From: Fistulifera solaris
Lineage: Eukaryota
DNA length: 64,000 bases
Reading direction: 5' to 3'
Assembly (NCBI GenBank): GCA_030295235.1
Contig: AP026125.1
Coordinates: forward strand, 1,302,001 to 1,366,000
Shown here: piece by piece, positions 1-14,638 of the stretch
Layout of the letters: every line of letters begins with the position of its first letter
Position numbering within the stretch: the first letter of the stretch is position 1
Made by a program: the position numbers and the translations under genes
The notes under the pieces: generated by a model
What the model saw: the letters and a program-made list of their open reading frames with translations, nothing else
Told to the model about the DNA's origin: nothing
Database searches by the model: none

Positions 1-4
1 TTAA

Positions 5-112
5 TTCATGACTTGAAATGTAGTCGTGGAAAGTTGTTTCTACACTCTGTTTCTACAGTATAGGAAATGCCGAAGAGGAGAAACTAAGAGGATTTTCGGC
101 ATCATGACGTAA
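5..112 (+). repeat. Dispersed hairpin repeat family copy
   Basis: TTCATGACTTGAAATGTAGTCGTGG...ACACTCTGTTTCTACAGTA...ATGCCGAAGA/TTTTCGGCAT stem. Confidence 0.65.
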
Positions 113-374
113 GGAGCGCATTGCAAAAACACAAACACAATTCATCCTTGCTAGGACGACAAACATATTTGTTGGTATTGCAACAATTAACAACTAAGGG
201 ATCAGAAGAAGGTCAAAACAATGTCCGTCGCCTTCCTTTGCTAACATGGAGTGTATTCCTTGGTAAAAGTGCCGCGACTTCTACGCAAGAGCACAAAGTA
301 CAGTAAATTAACTCAAGCTTACATATTCCGAAACATCTATAAAGTGGTAATGGGATTTCGGGCATCCAACATTG

Positions 375-1520
375 TTATAAGTTTTGTCCAGGTTCTTCCG
401 CAGTCACTTTCTTCATGGAGTAAAAGTCGGGTTCGACGTTAACGTTCTTTGGGCGGAACTTTCGACGGTCCTCGCCTTGTGGAACGCCTACACGTCTCAT
501 GTGAAGTGCTAGGTTGGGTTTTCCTTTCAAGAACAGTTCATGGTAATAGCCACCAGCATCCGGTCCCGACGTTATACGGAGAAAGCCGTATAAATTTAGT
601 TGTCTGAAATTAGGGAAATGAAATTTTTGTGAGATGACAGTGAAACAGAATTTAGAGGGGCAAAGCAGCGAAACGGATTCTTACCGAGCGAACGAGTTCC
701 ATTTGCTTTGCTTGAAGTAAGTGGGCATTATTTCCGTCACAAATCTATCCATATCATGAACACCAAACGCTCTACCGTGCGAGTAGAACGAAACAATCTC
801 CGACAATCCTTTCTCTTCCACTTCTTTCAACATTCTGTGCAATTTCTCGGGAAAAGGCTCCGACACTCCTCCTCGTGTACGACGCAATGCCGTATCATCG
901 GGACTCGGACCCTCCATCTCTGCAACGTCGATGTACGGGTCCGTTTTAGTGCGAAGAGATGTACCCAAAGCTTCAAGAGCTTTCTCGCCATTCACAGGGA
1001 GCGGGGCACCCGGTGCGGGTACCTGAGTGCTTGGTACCGTAGAAAGGATGGGCATTTTTAGGGACTGCGTATGCTGGCTCGACATTTCCTTGATCATATG
1101 AAGATATGATTGCTGAAGGAGCAATCGCTTGCTCTCTTCGTTGATCTTTCGTTGCAGAAGCGACGCCTTCGCTAGTTCGAGAAGCTTGCTTCGCTCACTA
1201 GCGGCAGTCGCCGAAGCCATCAAAATTGCTTCAGCGCCCAGGCCCGAAGTTCCCGGGACGAAGGAAGGAGCACATGAAGGAAAGCTCAGGCCTAGACTTT
1301 GTGCGACGAGAGCATTGTTACGGGACGGAAGAAAGGATGCATCGAAAGCAGCAGGCGGGGTAGTACCCCGTCCGGTATTGAGCTGCTGCAGCGATGAAGC
1401 AAATGATCGAACATCGACACCATTGGTGCGATTTCCCATGCCCAAATCCAATAGCACATCGCTCAAAGAGGACTGCAAAGAGTTTCGAAGAGCATCGCGG
1501 TTTTTATTTGGAATAGACAT
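375..1520 (-). CDS. HSF: Heat shock transcription factor (C-terminal HSF DNA-binding domain), 2 exons
   Basis: PFPEKLHRML...IVSFYSHGRAFGVHD...YFKQSKWNSFAR joins across GT-AG intron 604-684 to QLNLYGFLRITSGPDAGGYYHELFLKGKP. Stop TAA at 375-377; start ATG 1520 assumed. Confidence 0.93.
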
Positions 1521-2126
1521 ACTGTTGGTATCGTACGAAATCAACCAGATGAAAAGAAGTGCAACAAGCAAGCTGCCACCTGACGGTGCGTTTTTTTTGT
1601 AAGAAGAGGCGCAGCACGCTGATGCGCTTCTTATCTCATAGATCGTTCGTGGTCTTTACGGCGCCCAACCAAGGACAAGTCACAAGGATACTTTACTCTT
1701 TACTTTATTGCTCCTTGGCTGTGCTGCCTTTCTTTCGGGCTAAATTCTCTCTCATACTCAATGTTGTACACTTCTATGGAGTGCAACCGGTACCTGGTAC
1801 CAGGTACCGGAACCGACAAGCGATAAGATTGGGCATTGCCATAGAAGAAGAGTACAAGTTCCTATTCGGACTTCGGACTCGACGAACAACGAACGCCATT
1901 TTGTTCTACTTTTTCGGCAGAAAAAGAAGTTCCGAGCGCCAAGGAAGAGTTCTCATGCAAAGAAGTAGAGAAGCCTTCTCAGCGTTTGGCTTCTTGCTTC
2001 TTAGCCAATGAGCGCTCGGGGAAAAGAAAGTTAGCCGAAATTCAAGCTCGTGTTCTCGTGACCTCCTGCTCCGCCTCTTTCTCGCTGATCATACATCTTC
2101 ACCTTCACTCTCTTCACTCCTCATTA

Positions 2127-2571
2127 CAAGGGGGAAATCACTGGGGGACTCGCTTCATCCAGTCACGTGTACCGCTTATTGCCCCCACCCCATGAAAACT
2201 CCTGTTATTTTTACTCACAATAAGGAATTTATTGCGGGGTCGTTCATGGTAGACGCGATTCGGAATATGACTCTTGATAATAACTTTAGTCGAAATCCGT
2301 TTTCCGTCACCCATGAACGAACCTGAAATACAATGAAATTCAATGGCAAAGGTTGTCATTCATGCCGTGATGCGTCGTAATGAATTTTTTCAAAATTTCA
2401 TTGGAGCTCGTGGCAGCGAGCGTGGTACACAAACAAATCACAGTTCGATTTTGGCGGCACTCAGGCGTTTGGGGGCAATAAGCGGTCGATTTGCTTCAAG
2501 GATGGACTATATCAAAAGTGTACCTTTTTCTCGTGACTGCAAAAGCGAGTCCCCCAGTGATTTCCCCCTTG
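2127..2571. mobile_element. Non-autonomous hAT-like MITE (445 bp)
   Basis: Perfect 29-bp TIR CAAGGGGGAAATCACTGGGGGACTCGCTT at 2127-2155 and 2543-2571. 8-bp TSD CCTCATTA at 2119-2126 and 2572-2579. Inner inverted repeat ACCGCTTATTGCCCCCA (2171-2187 vs ~2471-2487). No transposase. Confidence 0.9.
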
Positions 2572-3895
2572 CCTCATTACAAAGACGAATGCCAGATGCC
2601 CGCAATAGCAAACAGCAAACCGCAAAGGAAACGAAGAATCCGCCAGCAGGCAGAAGACCGGAGAACACAGTACATAGTACATAGAGCATAGAGCAGATGT
2701 CCGCAAATCCAAATGTCGAGCATCCACGACCCAGAACCAATGACCAATGACCGCATAACGAATTCGAAGAACGAAGTCCTATTTCCTATTACGTAGTATC
2801 GGTTACCGGTACGGTACCTATTACTCCGTACTCGTTTACTGTACTGTATAGCCACAGGCGACAGCCGTAGATGAGACACAGAAGTGCAGTATCGTAGGTC
2901 ATCAGAAGCTCGTCCGCGCAAGCATCCAAGATCCAAGATCCAAGACGACTCTCTACTGTATCTCTCTATAGTCTATAGTCTAGCTAGAGAGGCAAGAGGC
3001 TCAAAGATCCAGGCTCCCGGATCCAAGAAGCATAGACCTAGAGACTAGGACAAGAACAGCAAAATGCAGTGAGGGAATGGAGCATCGGATAATGCCAAGT
3101 AACCCCTAGGCTTTGCTGATGTCGGCTTTCAAACTCCAAAATTCGAAACGGCTCAAACCTCAAACAGAAACAGCACACTGATCAGCTCCTGGGGTCGGAG
3201 GTGATAACCCACTTGACATCGGCTCTCAAGCAGCTCGCAACACGCTACGGAGAGTTGTGCAGCCTTTCTAGAAATTTTCCATTTGGATTCATTTGTTCAT
3301 CAATGTAACACTTTTAGCTTCCTCTCCATGTGTGTGTTGTCTGTGTCAACCTGGCGCCAACGGGCGATGGCAGACCAGAGATATCAATCCTTACGGGGAC
3401 CTCTGCGACCTGACAGCATAGACCCATCCAGCTTCTTTGCATAGGTCACTTCTCGATTAAAGGTTGCAACGAGTCTTCCAATTCCGAGCTTCCAAGGGAT
3501 CGCAAAAGATTGACCCCAAACATTCCTGTCCTGTTTCTTTAGCCTTCCATACTTCAGTTTTAAACGCGGCAAATCTTCCAATAGGCTTTAAATCTAATAC
3601 GGAGCACTGGTAGAGAGTAGAGACTAGTTAGAAATTCCGCGAAATAGAGTACTCATAAAATACAAGCAACCTCAAGGTTAGTGGATGTTTGATGACGTCG
3701 TAAGGCCGCTTCAACGGGTACCGGTAGGGAATTTAACGACTGCGATAAATAAAGTACTCGTACGCTGAATATTCTCGATTACGTCATAGACGACCGCAAA
3801 AACAATGATTTTTTTATTGCTTGTTTCAGTTCATCTTTGAAAAGAATACTTACGCTGTCAATCCACAAGCGCGCATTTGCTATTTGAATGTGAAG

Positions 3896-6004
<2,109 letters not shown>

Positions 6005-6327
6005 AATAATCTAAATGGTTTGTTGAATCTAGTCTTTAGAGCCGAACTTGTTCCATCTTCGTCACGTGAGCCCTGATTCTCTGAAATGAAAGCTATGAGA
6101 GCTTACTGGCTGGGGGAGAACCCTTAGCAAAGTTAGAAAGCCCACATTGACTAGCGTTAGCGATAGATGTGCTAGTAAAAATTCTGCAATGTCGTGCGCC
6201 TTTTTCGTCATTCATTTTCATTATTTGGCTTTCATTCATTCATTTACCTGAATAGTTTGTAAAGCATTGGTCTCACTTACAGCCCCTTGCAATAGCAAAG
6301 AAATAATCGTTGTGTATACGTTCTATT

Positions 6328-7939
6328 ATGGCGAACGAAGAAGGAGAGATACCATTTGAAGAAATAGTACTTGCATCGCAAAACCAAGCGTCGTACGATC
6401 CTATCCCGTCCCAATGCACTTTGAGCCAACGTGACGACAGGTCACCTTCATTTTCGCTACCTAATAGAAAAGAAAGACTCCAATACGGGCTCGATAGCCC
6501 ACGATCCGAATCGGAAAATAGCATGTCAAATGAGAATGATTTTGCGAATTTGGAAGCATTTTTAGATGACACACCGATGGGTTCGACCACCTCCAAAAAG
6601 AATGCTGCAACAAATTCAGTTGACGAGCCGACAACCAAGATAGGCTTTGTAGATGACGAAGAGCTAGGCGCGTTCCGACTCTTGAACAGTGTTCATATCG
6701 GTAATAATACGTCGGCGGCAAGTAACCATCCGATGGGGCATCTATCAAGCCGACAATCGATGCGTCATCCGCCAGCTTCCTCGAGAAACCACGCTGGTTT
6801 GTCCGTCCCAACTCTTCGAGATAATTTGCCAAAGTCGATGCCTTCTAGTCTAATGGATAGTACGAGTCGGAATCACAACTCAATTCTGGAGAAATCGCGC
6901 AAGATGGCAGCGCAAAGTAAAAGCGAGCGAACGACGCGAATGCTTAGCGAGGGGCGACCCAATCGAACACTACTCACCATTGGGCGAAGGTATGTTATCA
7001 ACGAGAAATTCAAATTGCGATCGTTACTATGTTGCAAAAGACACTAATTTAGTTTAGGCCATCTCATTGGGACCAGCGCGATCTGGCCGTATCCAACAAA
7101 CGTCCATCGAGAAGCCTGGATATAAACTCCAAAAGAAGTCGAGCGGCAGTGCTATCATCGTTCACTCAACAAAGTATGAGCGAGGGAAGACTTTCTACTA
7201 CAAGAAAACATTTAGCTACACCTGCCAAGCAACCCGCATCGAACGTTGCTGCGATTTTGTGTCAGGATCCCATTGTCGATGATTTGGAACAAGACAAGCC
7301 CAGTGAAGTCAGTCGTAACAGCTTTGCTCCCAGTTTTATGTCTTTCCCTTCAAACCTCGCTCCAATCTCCGATAACACGACTGCTTCGCCCCATTTGTCA
7401 TCACCGCAACTACAGTCATCCATGGGAACACGTGGTAAGAAGGCAAAAGCCCTCTTTTCGGGTCGTCTGTGCAAACGACTCCAATCTATACGGGACACAA
7501 TTAAAGGAGACAAAATACGTTTTCAAAGCGGACAATATCCGTTCTCCGTCGTGTCACTCGATATGAATGATCCTCGGAATCGAGCCACCTCAGTATTGGA
7601 TGTCACATTGGTCGAAACATCGGGCATGAACTACCTTGAAAGTCAAAAGGTTCTCATGCTAGGGTTTGTTCATCATGCTACCGGTCGCTTAGCGCATTTG
7701 ATATCCCACTTTGCGTGGATTTGTTTCACCTGTGACACAGCCCGTGAGTTACTGCTGGAAAAGGGAAACAACTTCGCATCTACAATTCCCTATCCATGGA
7801 ACTATCCGGATCTTTTTGCGCTTCTAATTCCGGCACATTTCGAGCAGTCAAAACGATGATTCTAGCAACGACGCTATGCGAGCTGTATCCCCAAGAGTTG
7901 CCACAACTCCCTGAAGCACCGACCATCCCACAAGAATAA
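6328..7939 (+). CDS. Hypothetical protein (disordered N-terminus, folded C-terminal domain)
   Basis: ORFs 6310-7047 and 7149-7859 linked by a probable intron starting ~6990, plus frameshifts. No family confidently recognised. Confidence 0.55.
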
Positions 7940-7968
7940 TGCATTTTAGGTCTCGGCGTAGATGTAAT

Positions 7969-8759
7969 TTACTTGAAAGGAAATTGTTGCATAAGATCAA
8001 TCTTGAGTCTAGGATCTACGTCTTGTCTACCTTCCAGTTCCCCTGTAGTCATTTCCGCAGGTGGACCCAATACGGTGGAGCCGGGTCCAAAAGTATCGAG
8101 ATCTGATTCGACAAAGAAGAGAGATCGTCTTCGATTGCGCAGAACAGGTAATTTGAGATAGCGAAGCTCTTTGCGGATGAGTTCTGCTCTATCTATATTT
8201 TTCAGTTTGGAAGAGAATCCTGCAGTCGACGCTATACGAAACTGCACCGTAGTGTCATTCGGTGTGAAATAAAACTCGCCAACGGAAGTGTCACGCAATC
8301 CATCGATAAAGACGACCCTCAAGTATCCCCCCTCTTGTACCTCGACTTGCATTTGTTCATTCCGTCGATTCGTTACTATTTGTAACGCTGGTACTAATCG
8401 CTTCATCTGCATTTCCCAGTCCAGCGAATCGCTTTCCGAATAGTCCCAGGGCTCGGCAAAATCCCGGGTGTATCATCTTGTGAAGATACACATCCAGTTC
8501 CTCCCAAAGCAATCTTTCCGTGGGGACAATCTGCAAGTAAACCGTCCCAAACGCCCAAGCATTTACCTTCGTTGCAATTGGGATCTTTTCCTATGGTTTC
8601 GGCTGCGTTGCACGATGATATTAAAGCTGGAGTTGCCAGTCCGGATAGGAAAAACCGGCGTCGGGTTCTGTCGAAAGAAAGTGCTTCCATCTCTTGCAAC
8701 ACCGCTTGTAGCACGGTCATGTGTATACCAAACGTCATCGTCCAATAATTTTTCTTCAT
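7969..8759 (-). CDS. DUF1499-like plastid/thylakoid protein
   Basis: Twin-arginine RRRFFL motif; LADCPHG..GCVSSQDD..(EPW) and EFYFTPNDTTVQFRIAS..NIDRAELIRKEL. Frameshift ~8455-8460. Confidence 0.6.
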
Positions 8760-9158
8760 TTGGTAATGTTGAGTGTGTGTTTTGATAACTTTGTTTTTAA
8801 AATGATGAATATTACGTAGTATAATAAGAATACCTGGTAATGAAATAATGACGATGGTGATTCATTCGATTCTTCATTATTGGCGCACAGTCTTCATTCA
8901 TCATTCATCATTCATCATTCATCGCAGTTCATCAGTCATCGCATTCATAAACTTGAAACATACATACTTTCATACTTACCTGGTACATATTCTTGTATAT
9001 GTACTTCGTATATGTACTTTGTATATGTACGTATTACGTATGCGCTTGTATTGTCCTCAAATAAAAAAAATAACCTTACTGCAATAGGCAACATAACGAA
9101 TAAAGAGACGACCTTTTGCATTTCAAAAACAACGACCATTATTGTTTCATGATCTACG

Positions 9159-10415
9159 ATGACAAAGTGGACTTCCCGAAAGCTAATCTTTCTACTTTCC
9201 TTGTTAAGAGTGTGGACTAACGGCTTTTCGCCGTCAACAGCGCACAACTTCTTCCACTGTCGCTCACCTGCAAAAACCAGTCTAGTTCAGAAAGCTTCAT
9301 CTCGAGAAGATCCCACAGATGAACTCAGCGAAGAACGAAAGGCGTCACTCTTTCAATTTCTTTTAAGAGATTTGCAAATAGAAGGCGTCCCCTTGCTGGA
9401 AGTCGACGCGGATCGAGTTCACATTCTACAAGCCGCCCTTTGGACCACCATGGCAGAAATGTCCACACAATCGGACGAGCACAAAACGTGTCTCATTTTT
9501 GAGGCGATCCCAATCGCAGCACTGCGAGCCTTTGTGGATGATTTTATGATTTTGAAAGCACAAGACCGTCTCATGACCCAGCTTCCAGAATTACGGCGAT
9601 TTGATTTGTCGTTGGTGGGCAAGGGTGTGGGTCCTGCTATTCTCATTGAAGCGTCAGCTCAGAAGGACGCCGCCAAATGTGGAAATCCCATTCCAGTGGA
9701 TGTAAACAAATGTGCTGCTGCCATGAAAATGTTTGTCGACCGGATGGTAGCCGAGAAGCAAGTTTCAGGCTATCCATCTTCGAATGGATCGGCAGCGCAA
9801 AACTCTATACCTGCCATGAGTTTCCCTGCATGTCCTTATACAGATGCCTGTCATATTCTATCGTCGTTTTGGAATCAAGCTTGCGGAATCCTGGCTTATC
9901 CCGGAGAGCTGCGGTCCTCCATGTTGCTCCTACCTGGCGTTGAAAGTGAGAATTTCCCGCGTTTCTCGGCAATCGCCGAACTGATCAGCCGCAGTCTTTG
10001 TTTGTATCGAGTGGATGATGCGTTAGAACTCCTGCACTTTCATCCGCTGTACGACCGAGACTTTGTGTTTCCGGAAGATATGCCTGCCCATGGCCATATT
10101 CCACCCATCTCGTGGCTTAAACCAATGTTACAATTCAATGGTGACACAGCTGCCGCGCGAGACTTGCCCGACGACGAAGTGCGACTTATCAACTACATAC
10201 GAAGGTCTCCAACTTCGGCCGTGTGTATCGTTCCGGTAGAACTTTGGATGACGGCACTAGGACCAGAGGATGGTGTTGTAAGTTTGGAGGTCGGTGGAGT
10301 AGTACAGCAGGCAAGCGGTGTTTCGTCATACTCTAGAAATGTTCTAGAAGCCTCGGAACAAGGAGAGAGTGCACTGCAAGATGCCCTGAGCGCTGAAATT
10401 GGAATTTTAAAGTAA
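9159..10415 (+). CDS. Probable plastid-targeted protein with DUF1415-like C-terminal region
   Basis: 418-aa ORF; signal peptide ending NG-FSP; ELLHFHPLY and NYIRRSP motifs reminiscent of DUF1415. Confidence 0.6.
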   Translation: MTKWTSRKLIFLLSLLRVWTNGFSPSTAHNFFHCRSPAKTSLVQKASSREDPTDELSEERKASLFQFLLRDLQIEGVPLLEVDADRVHILQAALWTTMAEMSTQSDEHKTCLIFEAIPIAALRAFVDDFMILKAQDRLMTQLPELRRFDLSLVGKGVGPAILIEASAQKDAAKCGNPIPVDVNKCAAAMKMFVDRMVAEKQVSGYPSSNGSAAQNSIPAMSFPACPYTDACHILSSFWNQACGILAYPGELRSSMLLLPGVESENFPRFSAIAELISRSLCLYRVDDALELLHFHPLYDRDFVFPEDMPAHGHIPPISWLKPMLQFNGDTAAARDLPDDEVRLINYIRRSPTSAVCIVPVELWMTALGPEDGVVSLEVGGVVQQASGVSSYSRNVLEASEQGESALQDALSAEIGILK

Positions 10416-10470
10416 AGTAAGCTATATTACAGTTGCATGATGATAATGGCTTGCATCGTTGTTGACTGTA

Positions 10471-12333
10471 TCACGTTCGGACAGCTGCATTCTCGGAGTA
10501 GACTATGCGAGTCGGAGCCATTGGATGACAAAACGAGTCAACCGGAACGTGTCTCAAGACGTCCAAGTTGTCTAGCATATCTGCTTGATTAAGTTCGGGC
10601 GGTGAGTAAGCGACGAAATTTGTGCCCGTCCATTCCTTTTTCAATTTCCAGAAATGTCTTTTGGAACCGTATTCGATGTTCGTCTTTTCTAAGAAGGACC
10701 ACGAAGGACGATGCTCACGGATGTCACCAAGCCGCAAAGAACGTAAGGAAGAGAGCCACTTTTCAGAGTCGTCCTCATCGCGTGTCATGAAAACCCACTT
10801 TGCAACATCGAGCTGATTCGCACCCAGATTTATCACCACGAAAGCGGCCAAGCGACTGTCGCATACCTCAGAATCGACGCGGAAGCTCACAATTAGCTCC
10901 ACCCTACTACAGTCATCATGGGTACACACGAACAAACTCCATGTATTCTCTTTTCGACATTCAGCGCTTAAGCCCAAGTCGCGTTGAACAAGTCTCCGCA
11001 CTTCCAAGCAAACAAAAAAGGTATCGAATTGTAGCTCCGAAAAGATGTTCGTATTACTCTCGTTCACAGCTTCTGTTTCGGATAACAAAGCTTCACAGTC
11101 ATCAAGATTCCCCTCCCACTCTCTCGACAGATTGTAAACTTTAGCCTCCCACAATGCATCACTTTCGTCGAGCGGACGAACTTTGCCGATATCGAGTCGA
11201 ATGCGTTCGGTGTGAAGATGATTTGCAAAAGGTTCACCTTGTGAGTCTCCAACAAATGTCTTCACCGACGTTGACTGCGGAACCCCAGTCCCTTCAAAAG
11301 TCCTGATCCAACAGAAGCGCATAATTGACCCGTGATGTATTACCAATACTTTGCAGGGAACCGTGTGTTGCCAAATGTGGCTACTTGACAGCAGAGTTTT
11401 CGCATTTGATGAGAACAAATACAGGTCAAGATTACTGTACCGTTTCCCCAAGTTCAACGTCCGCACAACTAAGCTGGTACAATTTTGACGTCTTAGCAAT
11501 GGAAACAAAGTTATTACGTCATCGGCTCTCGCAAATGGATGCTGCATGAAAGAATTGCAAGGATGAGAGTAATGCGAACTCGACAATCCAACAGCAGCCG
11601 GCAGGGCAAGAACTTACGTTGGACGGTACCGACTTCAGGGAACCCACTTTAGCGACTCCCAGCGTGCCGTCACGGTGAATCATAATAGATGTCGCAAGCA
11701 CAGCGGGAAAACTCATTTCGTGCAACCACAGATCATCCACGACGTAGCTGACAGGTATGGTATGCAGCAGTGGCGATACTGGCGACCCAATCGGACTCCA
11801 GGAAAAGGGAGAGCTCTGGCTTTACTTGGCAGCCCTGTTGGCGAAAAACAAGAATGATGAGCAAATGGCTGGAAATAGTTTAAAGAACTCTTTCGTTTCG
11901 TACCGTACAATCGAATGAACAAGCCATGATCTTGAAAACACAAAGGCTCATCCTCTCTCTCACTATATCCTCCCAAAGCGACTGCATACGAACCAGTACT
12001 ATCAATTCCGAGTATGGCGTCTTCCGCTGGAGTCTGAAGCTGACGGAACGTGAGAGTCCGACGGGCAAAACGTCGCCATCCGTCTCCTTCCTGATCACGT
12101 AACATTTTTTCCTGCCAATCCAGTACACCACCCCGCGACCAGATACCTAGTTCACGGCGCATTAAATGCAATACAGTATGTACATTTTGTCTACGAACTT
12201 GTTTCTCGCTGTGCACAAGACGGAAAGATACATCTTGGACTAGCGGGATCGATCGTTTACGAGCAGAAGATGTTTCGGTAGAGGTCGTGACAGGTCGACG
12301 ACGGCGTCGTCTACGCGGGTGGTCTTCATTCAT
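10471..12333 (-). CDS. Hypothetical protein (weak DCAF15/DET1-like resemblance)
   Basis: ORFs 11713-12342 and 10471-11586; GT-AG intron 11835-11903; at least one frameshift. N-terminal ILGIDSTGSYAVA only loosely resembles DCAF15/DET1. Confidence 0.5.
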
Positions 12334-12673
12334 CTTTATCAATCAAGTTCTCAGATATGAGTGCTGCTTGCTACCTCCCGCTTGATATAGATTGAAGCGA
12401 AGAAATTCGTCCAGTGAAAATAATCATTCTAATCAGGCAGCATTGACGATCACTCACAATGGTGTCATTGCGTCTTTTTTTCGCAAGAATTCGTCCTCCT
12501 TTGCAATTTGGTTCCCGAGTTGGGTCCCGCTTTAAACTAGCAAATACGGAAGTTAACGTTAAGCAAGACTCTTGGACGTAAATTGAAATTACCTGCATTT
12601 CAAGCGCTGCTGCTACTACAGCATAATTTTTGAGCAACGACAAATAAATATTTCAAATATTCTGCCAAACGAA

Positions 12674-12960
12674 CGGCAGCATTGTCGCTCGAATGAATGA
12701 ATATTGATTTAAAACTGGAAGTGCAGTCGTGGCGAATTCGGATAACACTTTGGTCTATAGTAAATACATAAGACAACGCTTCGCAAGGCTCTTCGACGTC
12801 AAATAATATAATGGCGTGTAAAGCAAACACTACTAAGGACTATTTCATTGCAATAACGACAATTGGAGCTAAAGAAATTTTGCTGAACGAAGGAAATGTA
12901 GGCAGCATTGTCGCTCGAATGAATATAGATTCATGACTGGAAGTGCAGTCGTGGATAAGC
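12674..12960 (+). repeat. Dispersed hairpin repeat family, degenerate dimer (~225-bp spacing)
   Basis: GGCAGCATTGTCGCTCGAATGAAT...ACTGGAAGTGCAGTCGTGG occurs at ~12675 and 12901. Confidence 0.8.
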
Positions 12961-13232
12961 TACGCAACATTTTCAATGATAGTAAATTCGTTTGTGTTCT
13001 TTTGAGTCAGATGGAAATTCTGTTAGTGCTATCTCGAGCAGTTCGTCGACGCTGTCGAACCTTTTTGTTTTGTTTTTGTTCGTGTGTTGCAACGTTGTCA
13101 CAACGAGCAAGCGCAACAACGCAGTGGCAAGAGTCAATTTCCATGAGCTCACCGCCCAAACAAAAACACCGCTTTTCGTCTTCTTTGCGTAGAAACGTAG
13201 CATCGTCGATCAATACTATCAAGTCGTTTGCA

Positions 13233-14450
13233 ATGGTTCACGACCCTCGAGTTTCGCAAACGCTTGCTCGATTGGGAGGTGTGTACCGTGACCCTTCGCG
13301 CGTTGACCGTGATGCTAGTGCTCTGCTTCGGAGCAGCGTAGGGGCGCATTTACAACCCATTGCTGCTGCTCATTTCGAAGACGACGGAACTGAAGCTACT
13401 GTCCTAGTTTTGCAAGGAACGATCGCTACACATTACCGAGCAAATACATATCATATACTCGTCGACATGTTTCTTGCGCCGGGCTACCCTCGTCGTCCGC
13501 CCATTTGTTTTGTGCGTCTTGCTGAGAATATGTATTTCAAAGAGAATCACATGCACATGGGAACAGACGGAAAAGTTTATCTTCCTTATTTGCATGAATG
13601 GACTAGTCAAACACACAATCTTATCGAGTTGGTCGTCGCTATGAGCTCCGTCTTTTCCGCAGACCCACCCGTTTTTACTCGAGCACCGACGGAACAGCCG
13701 AGACCACCGGATGATCCTCCTCCGCCGTTATTTTCTTCCATCACTTCGACGGTATCGTCGACATCGACTGCTTCTCGGCAGAGCCATGATTATCAATTGC
13801 AACGGATGCAACAAGAGCAAAGAATGCAGGAGCAACTTCTGGTCGAACAGCGATTAGCTGAATTGCGCCTCGCGGAACAGCGTGTAGCGGAAGAGCAGAC
13901 GCGAGAGAGACAACTGCAGGCACAGAGAGAATGGGAAGAGCGGCGAACGCAACAAGTAAGACAGGACGTGGCAAAGAAAATCACCTCTTACATTCAAGAA
14001 TTATCACAACAGTGCCAGCAAGAGTTACAGAATGACTGGAAAGATCAGCAAAATTTGACGTACTCGGCAGAGCACAAGATCAAGCCACAAATCGAACTTT
14101 ATAAAAAGAGTATTGGTGATTTGGAAAAGAGGATCAAGGAGGTGGACCGCAGCATCGGTGATATTCAGGTATGGTTGGAACAGGCCGAAGAGCACAAGGA
14201 CGAAGACGCGCATATTCCGGTGGACGATTCAGTCCAACCTGCCCACCGGCACCATGAACAAATGTTAAACTTATCCGCCGAAAACGCTTCCATTTCAGAC
14301 GCACTCTACTTTTTGGACCGTGCTCTCTATCAAGGCAACCTGACCTTGGATACGCATTTGCGTCACGTAAGGAGGCTGTCGAAGAGGCAATTCCTCGTTC
14401 GTGCGCACTTGCTAAAGATCAGCCAAACTTGCATGGTCGTTTCCCGATGA
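13233..14450 (+). CDS. VPS23: ESCRT-I subunit VPS23/TSG101
   Basis: UEV domain (LQGTIATHYRANTYHI, GYPRRPPICFV, GKVYLPYLHEW), Pro-rich linker, coiled coil and steadiness box (ISDALYFLDRAL...HVRRLSKRQF). Confidence 0.93.
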   Translation: MVHDPRVSQTLARLGGVYRDPSRVDRDASALLRSSVGAHLQPIAAAHFEDDGTEATVLVLQGTIATHYRANTYHILVDMFLAPGYPRRPPICFVRLAENMYFKENHMHMGTDGKVYLPYLHEWTSQTHNLIELVVAMSSVFSADPPVFTRAPTEQPRPPDDPPPPLFSSITSTVSSTSTASRQSHDYQLQRMQQEQRMQEQLLVEQRLAELRLAEQRVAEEQTRERQLQAQREWEERRTQQVRQDVAKKITSYIQELSQQCQQELQNDWKDQQNLTYSAEHKIKPQIELYKKSIGDLEKRIKEVDRSIGDIQVWLEQAEEHKDEDAHIPVDDSVQPAHRHHEQMLNLSAENASISDALYFLDRALYQGNLTLDTHLRHVRRLSKRQFLVRAHLLKISQTCMVVSR

Positions 14451-14638
14451 TAAATGCAAGCTAAGCACAAGCGCGCAGTCGATGAAGCATATATTCCGTA
14501 CTCCGCTTTAATAGTACTCCGTATGATAGAGTAGGAAACACAATTACTAATACTGACTAAACTCTCTAGGCTAATGTAACCCTAACGATTTTCAATGATG
14601 GTGAGAGGATGTAATTCTGCGACATCACAAATTCATCT

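Noticed and set aside
1129..1602. Antisense or overlapping ORFs throughout the track (example shown)
   Set aside because: Shadow frames of real genes on the opposite strand, with no independent evidence.
2920..3660. Possible transposon or LTR remnant
   Set aside because: Only short GATCCAA/CTAG repeats and a 65-aa ORF; no TIR, LTR pair or recognisable TE domain.
8972..8983. U1 snRNA 5' end (ATACTTACCTGG)
   Set aside because: It is followed by low-complexity TACATAT/GTAC sequence, with no U1 stem-loops or Sm site.
8848..9087. His/Tyr-rich small ORFs
   Set aside because: They arise from TCAT/TAC microsatellite-like promoter sequence between divergent genes.
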